NCBI RefSeq assembly: GCF_000150275.1 | Contig: NW_002060951.1 | Location: forward strand, 1,808,297 to 1,872,296 | Reading direction: 5' to 3' | DNA from: Trichoplax adhaerens | Lineage: Eukaryota > Animalia > Placozoa | Length of the DNA: 64,000 nt | Shown: piece after piece, positions 12,301 to 24,726 of the stretch | Position numbering within the stretch: the stretch's first letter is position 1 | Layout of the letters: each line of letters begins with the position of its first letter | Notes under the pieces: generated by a model | Told to the model about the DNA's origin: nothing | The model's database searches: none | Seen by the model: the letters and a program-made list of their open reading frames with translations, nothing else | Program-made: the position numbers and the translations under genes

Positions 12301-13205
12301 ATAAAAATGCGTCAAGAAATCGAAGAGCTAAAAACAAGGCAATCGTATACACATATTTTTAGCCCTAGTTAGCTGTAGTAACAATGATGCACACAAATAA
12401 ATAGGGGATTGTTTTACTAAATGTGCACAGTGCTAAAATATTTCAAGCATCAAAGTGCAACGGCTGCGGTAAAGACTTGGACCTTCCTGCCATTCATTTC
12501 TTATGCGAACATTCATTTCATTTGATGTATGATTTTTTCCTGCTGTAATCATCATATTGCATTTTAGCAATTATGAAGTATTAACTTTCTCATCACTTAA
12601 TTGCAGGTGTTATGAAAGCTACACAGACGCGGAGTCTGAATGTCCACTTTGCTCACCTGATTATCGGTTAGTAATTTACCGTACTTGGTAATTTATGCGT
12701 AACAAAAAATTACATAAATATCATCGAACAGTAATGTTTTTGCTGTTTTTTATATGGAGTGTAATTGTTTCTGATTTAAAATTAAAAATACCTTGCAGTA
12801 AAATCACTGAAGCAATCCAAGCCCAGCAGCAAGTTAAAGGTCTTCATGAGCAATTTCATCAACAGGTTTATAGATAAATACTATATATATGGATTAAAGT
12901 CTGTTTGGTTCATCGTTTCTGGGCTTCTCTTATTCTATGATAACAAGTGTTCGATAAAATTTCGTAGTGCTTGTTTAAAAATATTTTACTTATTGCAAAT
13001 TTTATAGTTGGAAAGATCAACTGACTCTTTCTCAGTGGTATCAGAATACTTTGGTCGTGGTGTTTTTAATAAGGTACTGATTATATGCTCAACGATAAAA
13101 TATTCTCCGTGATAAGCTAGGTACTTACATAGTGACTTTTTTCTTAAACAGATTACGTTAGTAGCTGACAAGCAAAACAATAGGGATCGTTTAAGGCGTA
13201 CTTAG
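6317..13205 (+). CDS. VPS11: Vacuolar protein sorting 11 (HOPS/CORVET class C subunit; beta-propeller, CHCR, RING)
   Basis: 35 exons: 6317-6331, 6555-6626, 7231-7282, 7601-7722, 7797-7847, 7938-8006, 8083-8180, 8311-8357, 8464-8558, 8709-8798, 8876-8927, 9047-9134, 9265-9323, 9418-9497, 9577-9656, 9736-9810, 9908-9986, 10094-10138, 10240-10341, 10420-10461, 10571-10638, 10703-10781, 10888-10990, 11088-11263, 11340-11390, 11486-11574, 11646-11720, 11830-11918, 12024-12109, 12217-12338, 12431-12526, 12607-12666, 12799-12865, 13008-13073, 13152-13205. Diagnostic peptides: MALLQWRRFTFF, QYGDHLY, LEPSYVIRKFLDAQRIHNLT, DHTTLLLNCYTKLKD, FDVETAIKVCRQAGYY, RING CNGC..HFLCEHSFH..C..ECPLC, EYFGRGVFNK. 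Confidence 0.97.
7283..7600 (+). other. U12-type (minor spliceosome) AT-AC intron, VPS11 coding intron 3
   Basis: 5' site ATATCCTTT; branch site TCCTTAAC at 7582-7589; ends ..CTCAC. Removal gives LLFG-D-NEG, which fits VPS11. Reading into the intron hits TAA at once. Confidence 0.95.
11919..12023 (+). other. U12-type AT-AC intron, VPS11 coding intron 28
   Basis: 5' site ATATCCTAA; branch site TTTCTTAAC at 12005-12013; ends ..TTTAC. Removal gives EVLS-H-IEKRNLLPPL, which fits VPS11. Confidence 0.92.
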
Positions 13206-14034
13206 TATTAGCATATGAAGGACAAACTTAATTCAGGAAGTGCACCGTCTTCTCCACAACAATGTTAATAACATGTAACTATTTGTTAATATTTGAGCAA
13301 ATATATGTTAAGTACAGATAGTGGATATTGAATAATCTGATCAAATGCATACTTTTGATATTGTTTATTGTAATTCGTTGTCAGTGACAATTTAAGAACT
13401 GGATTAGATTTTATAATACTGTACCTTTGACTATTATATCGTATATAATGAATTATTCAATCAACCTCATGCAATTACGATTGGTTTTATTAAATTGATC
13501 AATAAATAAATAAATCTATTCATACTAGAGGTACCGACTTGAAATCTTTAATTGCCAGGGTCCTTAAATCTTGAATTTGTGTTGTATAAGCTAAATTTCC
13601 TTGTTTTACGCTTACTGGTTTCTATGTTAAGCAGGCTGCTCTTTTATTGAATTTTGTAATTAATTAACCACCTTAAGAAAAGTTATCCGCTGACATGCAT
13701 GTTTATATTGCCCTTAGTAACTATTAAGAGTAAATTTAGTGGGTGTCATTATAGTAAAGTAAGTCTAATCGCACTCTTTAAGGTTTAATATAGATGATTT
13801 GCTATCAAATGCTGAGCAACAATAATATCTATTTGGGCTTTTAGAGATAGTGATTGTTGAATAAATAAAGTCAAGAATAACTAGACTCTCTTCTAGTAGT
13901 CCTTGCTAGGGTTGACCTTAACGCAAGTAAATATGAGCCATCACAAAGATGACGCTGTATTTGACGTTGTAGATGACGTATTTGAGAAACTTAATTAATC
14001 AAATGAACAAGCCAACATAAATGTGTAACGTTAT

Positions 14035-14605
14035 TGTCACAAAATAGCTTCGTGACAAAGATAACGTAAAACAAATCTCTAAATTACTATAGTCTCCGGG
14101 ATTCAGTATCCCTTAACTACCTCACAAGAATTTACTCGCCTTTGCTTCTACGTTAAAACAACTATATAATTCTTCTTTTATTCTACTGTCTGCCGAGCTT
14201 AAATACCCTTCGGCAGCAGCTATCATGTATGAGTCATAACAGTTCATGAAATTTAGCTCATATTGGATAGCTAAATAATACAGACATTATTCATAATTTT
14301 GGACATTTACTGAACGATTCTAGATAATTAGACTACAGTATGTCCACATACAGAATTATTTATGGTATCATCTATAATTGAATATCTTCAGGATATTCAT
14401 CATTACAAGCGTTACAAAACATTACGCTATCATCAATTAATATAAGTTAACTTATGAAAACTCTTACTACAATACAACATAATTTACTGTAACAAAATAA
14501 TAACTACCGTAGTTCTTACTGTAAGTCATTATTAGTTATCTCTATATATAAATGTTTAACACTAAATTTAGTCATTTACTCTTCACGGTGATTCGTACCA
14601 TGATA
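14035..14605 (-). mobile_element. Solo LTR (family B), 571 bp
   Basis: TGTCACA...ACCATGATA (decayed GTGACA end) flanked by exact 5-bp TSD GTTAT (14030-34, 14606-10). TATA-like (GGGTATTTAAG) and AATAAA lie on the minus strand. Homologous to 50294-50729. Confidence 0.85.
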
Positions 14606-15161
14606 GTTATGTATTACCTTATCTGTTTATTTAATATGATTAATCTTCAATTTATTCTCATAGAGCTATAACATAACTGAGATTGTTAGACAAGGCACGA
14701 AAACTTGTATTCTATAGATTAGTTATTTATAGATAGGCTTCAAATCATTGCGTATTGGAAGTAAATTTATTTAATTTTTATGAACTAAAACTTGAAAAGG
14801 AATGACAATAGCTGTTTAAAGCAATTAATATAATTTATAAGGTCACACGACATAAGAATATTCTCGACAATAATATAGACAAAGAACAAAGATAAATGCG
14901 CTAATCCTTTCAAGTTTACGCACAGCAGCTATTCAATCTTGTATTACCTTAAGTCTAATGTGAAATAACCATCATTTCGATCAAATTTTTCGAGCTATTC
15001 TAATTGATGCCATATATGGGATGTAATAACTAACGACTAACATATGGCAGTATGCGAGAAATATAAAAACGTATAGACAATTTCACTGGTTTGCTACCTC
15101 AGTATCAAATAATCAATTACCAGACCGAAGTTACGATGCACCTGAACTACTAGTAACTAAA

Positions 15162-18100
15162 TCAAGATTTTCTTTCCAGAAAAGTGCGCATCAGTTGATT
15201 AACTTGAGCTGGTTCATCCTGTTGAACCCAATGGCTAGCGGCAACACCCCTAGTGAATCAAAGAGTAATAGAAATATAACGAATCAGCATGCTCATAATT
15301 TATATAATTAATGACATGGTATCACCTCAATATCACCATTAACATTTAGTAGTAAGAGATACTAGTGTAATGAAACGTAAAAGCAAGACCGAGAGAGATA
15401 TCGCCTTGAACAATACCTGTAGGTCACATTTTCTACATATCGGCTGAGATTGTTATTCATTTCCTTTTCTAGAACTGGATCAGCTTCACCCTTTTATTTT
15501 AATCAATTCACTCATATCAATACAATATTACCAATCAGGCTAACTAATTCTGAAGTAGCTATAGCATAAGAATCGTAATATATCGAATATCAACCGTTAC
15601 TTGATCTTACCCATATTACAAGTGTGGGTACTTTCAGTTTACCTTCAGGAGAAGGTTTTGGTGGATAAAAAAACTTAGCTCTGTAATAGTTGATTGCAGC
15701 AGTTAATCGTCCTGGTCGTGAGAAGTTATACTTATATGCCTCTATGTCCTCATCCGTCACATTTGCTGTATTTTGAAACCCCTGTAAAATTCATAAGAAA
15801 TGGTATGCTTTCAATACAATATATTGAAGTATTTGGGCTATATGATGAAACTATGTATCCCAAGGGCATAACAATTGGTGTATACTTACTCCTTCTTTAC
15901 TACGGAAGGCTCGCTTTGCAAAAGCGTAATCAAAACTAGAACACATCAATTCCGGCAAGTAAGGACATAAAAAGAAGATAATGTACTAGAAATGAAGATA
16001 GTTACCCAGATCAGTATTCTATCCACGGTAATTTTTATAATGATGAATTATGTGGTATGTAGTACTAATTCATAACATATTGATTTTGATTCTTGTTATT
16101 AGAAAACAATAACTATTTTATTTTTTAAAGTACCCAAGATTTTTTTATTTGAGATAAATGACTTTGTAGATGGTCTTGAAAAGATCTATGAAATAATTTT
16201 AGTTAGCTTTTTGTTCAAACTCAAGACAATACATGTCAGACCAAAAATACATATGTAATCTTCCGTACTTTGGATGAGGGCCATTCATAACAATTAGATT
16301 ATTAAAATATTCCGGATACGATATAGCAGTATGCCTGTGAAGATATTGATAATTAGCAAGATTAAAATCTTCACGTTTTACGAATAGCCTAACACGACGA
16401 TATGCCATAACTTCATTAAAAATAAAACAATTCGTGAAATAGCAGTAAGTCACAATAGCGCATTTAATAGAAGAAAGGTATTCTATTCTAAAATGAAATT
16501 ACTATTGTACAGTATCTATGCTATCAGGGTAAAAATGATAGTTAAAATGTATTGGCATAAATATTGGCATAAATATTACCAAGCTATCGCACCGCCCCAA
16601 TCATGACCAACTAAAGTACAAGTGTCATATCCTAAGGCCTCAACCTTCAAAAAAATGCCGGAATATACAGATGAGTTAAGTTGATTTACTAATAACATGA
16701 GTAAGTTATGTAAAATCATAATTCTTACCACTTCTTTAACGTCTTGAGCAAGTAGATCAATACAATAATCTTTAGATTTTAAGCTAGGGATAGTGGTATC
16801 ACCATATCCTCTAAATAGAAATTAGATATCATAAATACTTTTAGACAATACATTGGGTATTCTCTGCAGATCGGACATGTGCTTGGCAAAATTTTCAGTA
16901 AAACCATTTGCCTTTTAGTATACAACTTAAAATGTCTTATTTTTACATTTTGTGAAAAGTGGGTATATCGATAGCAGATAGTATTGTAATAATATTATCT
17001 ATGCTGGTATTCGTTCGTAATATAATTGGTAAGGAGTACTACTTGTCAAAAGTTGCACCTAATTTAAAATGTAATGCGTAAACAATACCTGTTATCCATT
17101 GCAACAGCATAATAATCGTTACCAAATTCTTTAAGTTGAGCACGCCATGAAAACCAAAACTAGATTTATAAATGACATCGGTTATGATTACATTTACGGG
17201 TGAATTTAATTGAATGATATGAGTTGCTTAAAAAAGCATGTGGTATTCAAATTTTGAATACAACATATTGCTTAGTTTTAACGCTGTAGTTCAGGTGAGT
17301 GAAATATCAAGCTAACCGCCAGCTCGAAGTTTGTTAAATGTTCTTAAATATACAGTAAACGATCCACTAACTTGGCAACGGGTCAAAAGTGATCACGTTT
17401 ATCGATACGACGATTGTATATCATATTGTTGCTATGCATACCTCTGGAAAGCCGTGTATGAAAAGAATTAAAGGCTTGCCAGGAGTACCAGACGCTACGT
17501 AATGAACAGCAAGTTTGCTAGTATACGCTATGCCATGCTTTCCATACTCAGGTTTGGCAATGGCTGGAACAACTATAGCATGTTCAGAAATAATATGGTG
17601 TGTTAGAGAGTTTCATGATAATGACAACCATAAAGATACAAAGTCAATCAATTATTAATCATGGCATCAATATTATGTATGGATGAATATACATAACTAA
17701 GGTAGCTTGTAATGGACGACTAACATGTAAAATTTCGTATTGCTATTCGGATTGTATAATAAATACTACTACTGTATGTTCGTACACAATTGAGCTATAG
17801 CTCTATCGGGAGTTGGCTACCAACTACCAATTGGATATTACTGATTTTGAATCGTTGGCGAGCGAAGGCTATCAAGTGCTCAATCTAAATTTAAATAATT
17901 TTGGATTAGGATGGCACATAATTTAGTTAAAGCATAATTATACAGATGTATTTTAAGGCTACGTATCGCGTAAATCAGCCTCAATCGGAGTTCATATACG
18001 CATCTATCAATTGATGAAGCGACTGCGAAGATACTAGTATCTACAGTATGCAAGAATTATTTTTTGCATAGTATTTTTAGTGGTCGATTTTATAACTGAT

Positions 18101-18990
18101 ACCATATCAGTTGAGCATACAGAATTATCCAGTTCAGACAGCAGCTAGTAATAACGATGATCATCGTGAAACTCGTTTACATTATCTAATTCGTCATCTT
18201 TACAAGATATAATGGAAGCTAACCAACTTGTAAAAGTAGCCTACTGACACCAATTGCAATGTCATCTTGTGAGCAAAATACGCGTAAAGGTATTTATTCT
18301 TCATCTACTTATCCAGACTAGTACTTCATAACAACATTTTACTGGAGTCTCACAACAGACACAATATACGAGACTCGTAGATTGTCTAACTCACTACGCG
18401 TAAGCAATAAATTACCCAACTCACTATATTACTTTGTGCATTAAGCTTCAATAACATTATTGGTGCAAATCATCAAACAATAATCACATCATCCGAGACT
18501 GATAACATCTTCTTGCAGTATATCTAAAATGCTGTATACAATACAGTACAGAGAAAATGATAAGTACATACCCTTATACTAGCAAAACAGGTAGTGATCT
18601 ATAGTACAATTCCAGTATGTGTCAGCTTTATAGCTTAAATATGGTATAACGCCAAGGTTACAGCTAATTTTAACGTAAGCAACATCATATCAATTATAAT
18701 TATCTACTTACAAACAGTGCAGTGCAGTATATCTACAGTATACATCCATACAATAAATCTATACTTCACCAAGATTTTGATACCTGGTAAAGTACTATCA
18801 TTTATAGAAAGCAGTGCTCGTGATATTCTTGGTCACTGCCTATACCGATTAACATACCTGTCTTTTCTGACTTGTAAAAGAACTTTTTGGGATTCCTAAG
18901 CATTGAAATTAGGAGTTGCAGACCTGTCAACACTCCCAAAATGATAGCAACAATGATGTACAGTACTAGTTGTAGAATCCGAAGTAACAT
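15162..18990 (-). CDS. EPHX4: Epoxide hydrolase 3/4-like (ABHD7/9-type alpha/beta hydrolase) with N-terminal membrane anchor
   Basis: 11 exons: 18990-18858 (an upstream in-frame ATG at 19068 is possible), 17572-17442, 17159-17089, 16810-16729, 16644-16580, 16334-16269, 16185-16134, 15985-15890, 15781-15611, 15490-15417, 15249-15162. Motifs HGFPEFWFSWR, DNRGYG, GHDWGG, KSWY, AINYYR, PTLVIWGEAD, ASHWVQQDEP. EPHX3 versus EPHX4 orthology cannot be resolved here. Confidence 0.9.
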
Positions 18991-20196
18991 GATGGATAAA
19001 GCAGCGTAAGATGATCCTATAAGTTGTAAGGGTATCAAAATAGAAGGAAGATTGATGATGATCAGCATCGATTATAATTAGATGAAGCTTGCAAAAGTCA
19101 TTAATTAATTATCTAAGTTGCGATACTTGGTATCAACAAGAATAATCAATGCGTCAAGTCAGAGTTGATATTTGCTAGATAGCAAGCTTAAAATTGGATT
19201 AAGTAAAGTAAATGAATTTCTCCAGCCTAGTGATATCTCTACCTCTGGAACGATCCAATTCAATGTAATGGCGTCAATATTAGGTAGAACTCGCTAACTT
19301 CTTGTCGATTGTTCCATTATTGCAAGCGTACACTCATTAATAATGGATTGTAACTACAACTGTATCTGTATGGCAATAAGTCAATAAATAACGTCATGAT
19401 TGGCTGCAAGGTTGCATACAAAACTCTATCAGGCGTATAGGACACAAGTGAAAGATAACTACTAAGAGTGCAGAATGCTTAGCAATAAAGTAGACAATAT
19501 GATCGCTCAACAGCATGATCGATATCCAAAAGGTCATAGCACAATAGCAAGGCATTACTACTGCACTCTACAGTTTCAATTAATTCTACTGTATGTAGCT
19601 AAAAGCTGTGGATTGTGGACTTGAATGTCAAGTCGATTGTAATAATAATCATATAGTAAAAGCATAGAGATATCAAAAAATACCTTTCCCAGTAAAACAG
19701 AGTTTATTTGCTTCAAATAGTCAGCGATATGAAGAGGAAATGACAGACGGTATCAACACTAACAAACCAATAATAAGCTAAGAAGAAAGATGGTCGATCT
19801 ATATAGATCCAAAAGATCGACGAGTATATTAAGCTGGATTGTTTGCACCATAGAGGTCCAAAAAAAAAGGCATGCCTCTAACCGTGACTAAAGAGAGAAC
19901 CTCCATACAGTAGATTGTACCATGCAGCCGTATTTTAATTCATTTTGGATCGTTAGCACTTCTAGCTACAGTAGTATTTTAGGAATCTCAAAAGTCCATG
20001 CAGTTTTACTGACACTGTATTTTATGAAATAAACAGTCAGAATGCAATGTACACTTCACTAGGGACTAAAATAGCTACAAAAGAGTTACTTTATTCTACG
20101 TAGTCAGTCCATAGATGCAAAATATTGTCACTTGGTTAGGTTGTATCTGCCCACTAATTTTATCCAGGCATCATAACCTCTCCAGCCTACACATTT

Positions 20197-21175
20197 TACT
20201 GTACTGTACACTGTACAGTACAGTACAGTACAGTACTGTACATCATAGCAACAAGAATTTTTTCAAACGGAGAATGTACTGTATTAGTAACTTGAACACA
20301 TTTTATGTGCTTTTAAATTACATATTCGCATAAAGCATCTTATTTCCAATCAAATGATACCAAATTTGTCTAATAAGGACTTGAAACTATAATTTCATAT
20401 CATTTCAAACAGTGGGAAATGCTTATGAGACACCCTGTACTGTAGATATCGGAAAACAAAAGAAATTGCACTGTACTGTATTGTACTGTACGAATGTACT
20501 GTACGTGGCGCGGATTTCAGTCCGTCAAAAACAAATGGCCGAATTTAGAATATCTGTTGGACGTGGCGCCAATTCGTCTTGCGCGAGTACTAAAAGTGCG
20601 TCAATTGACAAAATTTTTAGATATTATCGGTATGTCATAGTTGACATCTCATTTGAGAGGGGGGAAAGCAAGGATTCAAGCAGCCTTTGCTATACTGTAC
20701 TCATATGGTCTACTGGTAGTAGTACCACCAGTCCATTCTCCGTTGTCAAAAATTCTTATACCGTTGTACCATGATGGTACAGTGTCCAGTACAGTCTGTA
20801 CCAGTGTACACTACTACATTGGAATCAACAATAGGATTGTATGGAGCAATGATTGGGGCTGAGTACAGTACTTTATTGACATGCTTTATAGCTTCGAAAA
20901 TTCCTGCACCTCCATTTCTACAGTATGCCTCTATCGGGCAACTTCTCTCTCAGATGTTCCTACTTTACTTTACTGCACATACTGTATATTTACGCTGAGT
21001 ATCTGAGTAATCGGGGTTATTATGGCTGGGCCTACTGTACAGTACTGTACAGTAAACTACAGTACGCGTGAGTGCTTGCTTTGACATACAGCGCAGTAGG
21101 TACAGTATGGACAACAGGAGTCCCGAGCAGTGTACAGTACAGTACTATGCAGCATTATACTGTACTGTACTATAC
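20197..21175. repeat. Clusters of (TACTG)n/(CAGTA)n pentamer microsatellite
   Basis: Runs at ~20197-20242, 20471-20504, 20777-20810, 21032-21065 and 21131-21175, in both orientations. Confidence 0.8.
20330..20439. mobile_element. One end of a Tc1/mariner-like non-autonomous element
   Basis: Ends in TGAGACACCCTG followed by TA (reverse complement TA-CAGGGTGTCTCA, a common mariner-MITE terminus). The partner TIR was not found and the left boundary is approximate. Confidence 0.4.
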
Positions 21176-21273
21176 TGGATCAGGTGGTCAATTCATTGTA
21201 GCGGAGAATCGGAATTATTCATTGCGACTTGTTCTATCATAATATTGCTACAAAATTCGATCAATCCTTGACG

Positions 21274-23498
21274 ATGTCGGCGTGGAAGGTTGCTTACCTG
21301 CGCCTTCTGCCTTTTCAGGTATATTTATATGGTTATAACAACGTAATTGTGTGTGTAATGGCAATATACTTTACCAGGAGATTCGTGCAGAATCGACAAT
21401 TCTAATCCAACAAACAGTATTGCAGTACGTGTCCACTAGAATGTGCTTGAAATGACACACTTTGTTCATGATCAATCGTTGGTATAGGTTTCGAGGTATC
21501 AATTTTATCGTTGGATCCACTTTTTCGGTCCTCGACTAACACGATCGACTAATCCACCTCTCCGCTCTCTAGCATCGTACACCACACAAGCTAAGGTAGG
21601 ATCGATTCTTATAGAAGAATAATGATATAATTTTATCATCATGTCATGAAATAATAGGAACAATTGTTAACGCTCAATGATTCAAAAGCGACTTTATCCA
21701 AGCATATCCAGTATCGACTATGCTAAACTCCATGTTGTTTCTACATAGGGGACGAGATCTACTACAACCGATGATACTAATGAAGAATCAAGGGAGCATA
21801 AAATTGGGAGATTTTTAACGAAGATCATGCAATTTTTCTCACCTAATCGTGTAAGTTATACATCCTGCGATATTGGTGATAAAACATATTAGTGTACATG
21901 ACTTGCACAATTACTTTTTACAATCTGCAATCACTCCACTTTTAATGCATCAACTTGGCTACAAAATGCTAAAACTGATCCTTTCCTCTTTGTTAGATCC
22001 TGCAACGTAGCGCTCTCAACCTATATCACAGTTGTGTCGACAACATAAATTATTCCGATTTTTATAAAGGTAATCAATCGATTACTGATAACCCAGCTTA
22101 TCATTCATGCACAAGACTAGTTATTAGAGTTGATCTTTGTAGATGATATGGTATATCAATAGCATTCTATTACTGATAATGTTTCAAAACGCTTTCTCAT
22201 CGGTTATAGTATGCCAACTACCAGATACATTCCAGTCATGGTTTTTAATCAATCAATTACATGTTTGGTAAGTTAACGACGTTTCAACTCGATTTTTAGA
22301 ATGGAAAGATACGCTTCCTGGAAAAGGTCTTACCAATGACTAGCTAGCATGTACAATTTAGCGACAAAAAGTTATTTAATAGAATAATATAATTTGTAGT
22401 AGAGCACATTTGACTATCCAATGCATAGTGAAAGCTATTTTAATACGCGTTTAATTACCCGATTACCTATCGACAATGAATACTGTATTTGTATATAGTT
22501 GAATTATACATATATATGATGCGGACATTGCTGAGAAATATATTCGAGCTATAGCACGTTCAAACCTCAGCTTAAATTTAATATGATGGTAGTAGACTAA
22601 GCACTTGTTGATACTAAGGAGGGAAGATAACATCAATAGAATTACTAGTGTAATAATTGACCAATGTTAGTTAAGTGAGTGATAATCATTTCAATTTTTG
22701 TCTCTATGGTACGTATCTTCTCTAAGGATGTGCTTGGTAAGACTGAAGCAAGAAGGTTCAGATGGGAAATATGCTTATCAGCAGCTAGTAACGTTCTTCT
22801 GGGAAGATGTCGAATCTCGAATCTATTCAATAGGGGTAAGATAACTAATTTTACTGAATAGATGTAGAGACTACTGCGCAATGATACCGAATCGTAACAA
22901 CTCAAGACTTAATTATTATAAACTTAACTTCTAGGTCAGCTCTACTTCTGCACAAACTAGTGAATTATTAAAAGAGTTTTATGGCATGACCTTTGCTTAT
23001 GATGAGGTTAAAAATTACGTCAAGAACAGCTTTCAAAACATTACATCGAATAATATCTTGGATTAAAACCCTACAATCTGTTAATATTGTTATTACATTT
23101 AGGGTATTATGTCAAATGATCGAATATTAGCTGCTGCTCTATGGAGGTAGATTAAAAACGATGCCAAATAAAACAATCTCTTAATTTCTCCATATTTATC
23201 TGCTAGACTGTACGACTAATTTATATCTGTGCCATTTTAGGAATCTATTTTCACACACCAGTGCTCGTCATGATGTTATTAGTCTAGTTAAATTAGTAGA
23301 ATACGTCCGTATGCAGGTCAGAAATCTATGCGTATCAATGCTTTATACTTGTACATACGTAAGTTGCTTACAGTTTATCGTGTAATTGAATAAAACCCGT
23401 TGGGCTTATTTTGATTGCAGGTCAAATACTTGGATGAAATCAAATCGGAACATTTGTTAAAAAATGGAAAAATTGAATGGCTTCCTTTGCAGCGTTAA
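21274..23498 (+). CDS. UQCC1: Ubiquinol-cytochrome c reductase complex assembly factor 1 (Cbp3 family)
   Basis: 11 exons: 21274-21318, 21378-21416, 21488-21595, 21749-21850, 21997-22069, 22210-22267, 22727-22835, 22935-23006, 23103-23146, 23241-23316, 23421-23498. Motifs [68 protein letters not shown]. The first three exons (targeting peptide) are less certain. Confidence 0.94.
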
Positions 23499-24726
23499 CA
23501 TCATGTCATTAAAGTCGCTTTATATGAATAGGCCTTTTTTGTATATACTCCTTTGTATTTAAACAGTTTCGCACTATGTGTAGTTGATAAATGTCTATAC
23601 TATAACTATTGCAATGCACAAAGTATCATCCGTTTATCAACTGATGACTATTTACTGATCTATATTTTATCATCTGTTCTATGAGGTTGGGATAATATAG
23701 GGTATTACGCATATTTTTGAAATAAGTTACGCAACCTCATTATGTGCATTACATGAACAGCCCTTTTTTGACTATTGCTGCTGTTATATTATAAAAGTGG
23801 ATAAAAGTATACTGTGTGCTGCCAATAAACATTGTCGTCAACCGTGGAGACTTACTGGTGATATTTTAAAGATTACAAATTTTTAAAATTAATGAGATTT
23901 ATGAATAGACTTCGCGAAAAATCTTGCAAGTTAGTTATGTTTTTATTTCTGTACAAACATAATACGTATAAGTGTTTGAAATCCAATCCTACCCTCATAA
24001 GGGAATTCACGTTTAGCACCCTCTGTACGTATTACTGTATATTGCAACTTCTTAATTTCTGAACGTTAAAAATATGTTTTCAGAGTGATATAATAATCAC
24101 TTTCATGGGATACCCATTACTAGTCATAATTATATCCGAATTTTACATACAGGTCTAGTTACACTGTATGCTAACTATAACTGTATGGCTAATCAGTGCA
24201 GTACCACAGTTTGATTAGCTAGTCGATTATGAGCTCATCTTAATAGATATTAAACAGCCACCCTTTGAGATATGATATTAATAATGAAAGCGCATAAAGT
24301 TAAACCGATTTTTTCTATCTTAAGAATAATTTTTACGAAGGAAGAGATGTATCATGGCATAAAAATAATACACCCTTGCCGTAGTAGAGTAAATAGAAGA
24401 ATTGTATCGATCAATTATTATCTATCTATCTTCCAGAGGTGCATACCTAAAGCCTAGGTAAATTAGTCCAGAATAAATAATTACAATTAGCCATTAATAA
24501 GTTTGAGTTTCCGATTTAAGATATTTAAAGTAGCATATTGTTAGATAGCTTGTTATTTTACCGATTGTTGAGCTTCCTTTGTCTACTATTTCATGATTTC
24601 CACGTTCTATAGGAAAATGCTCATCTGATTTATCAGCAAATGAAAACAGTTACATTGAATCTATCTTTAGTAAAATTTCTAAGAGTATTGGCTAGGCATA
24701 TTAACAATGCAAAGTAATGTAGAATC

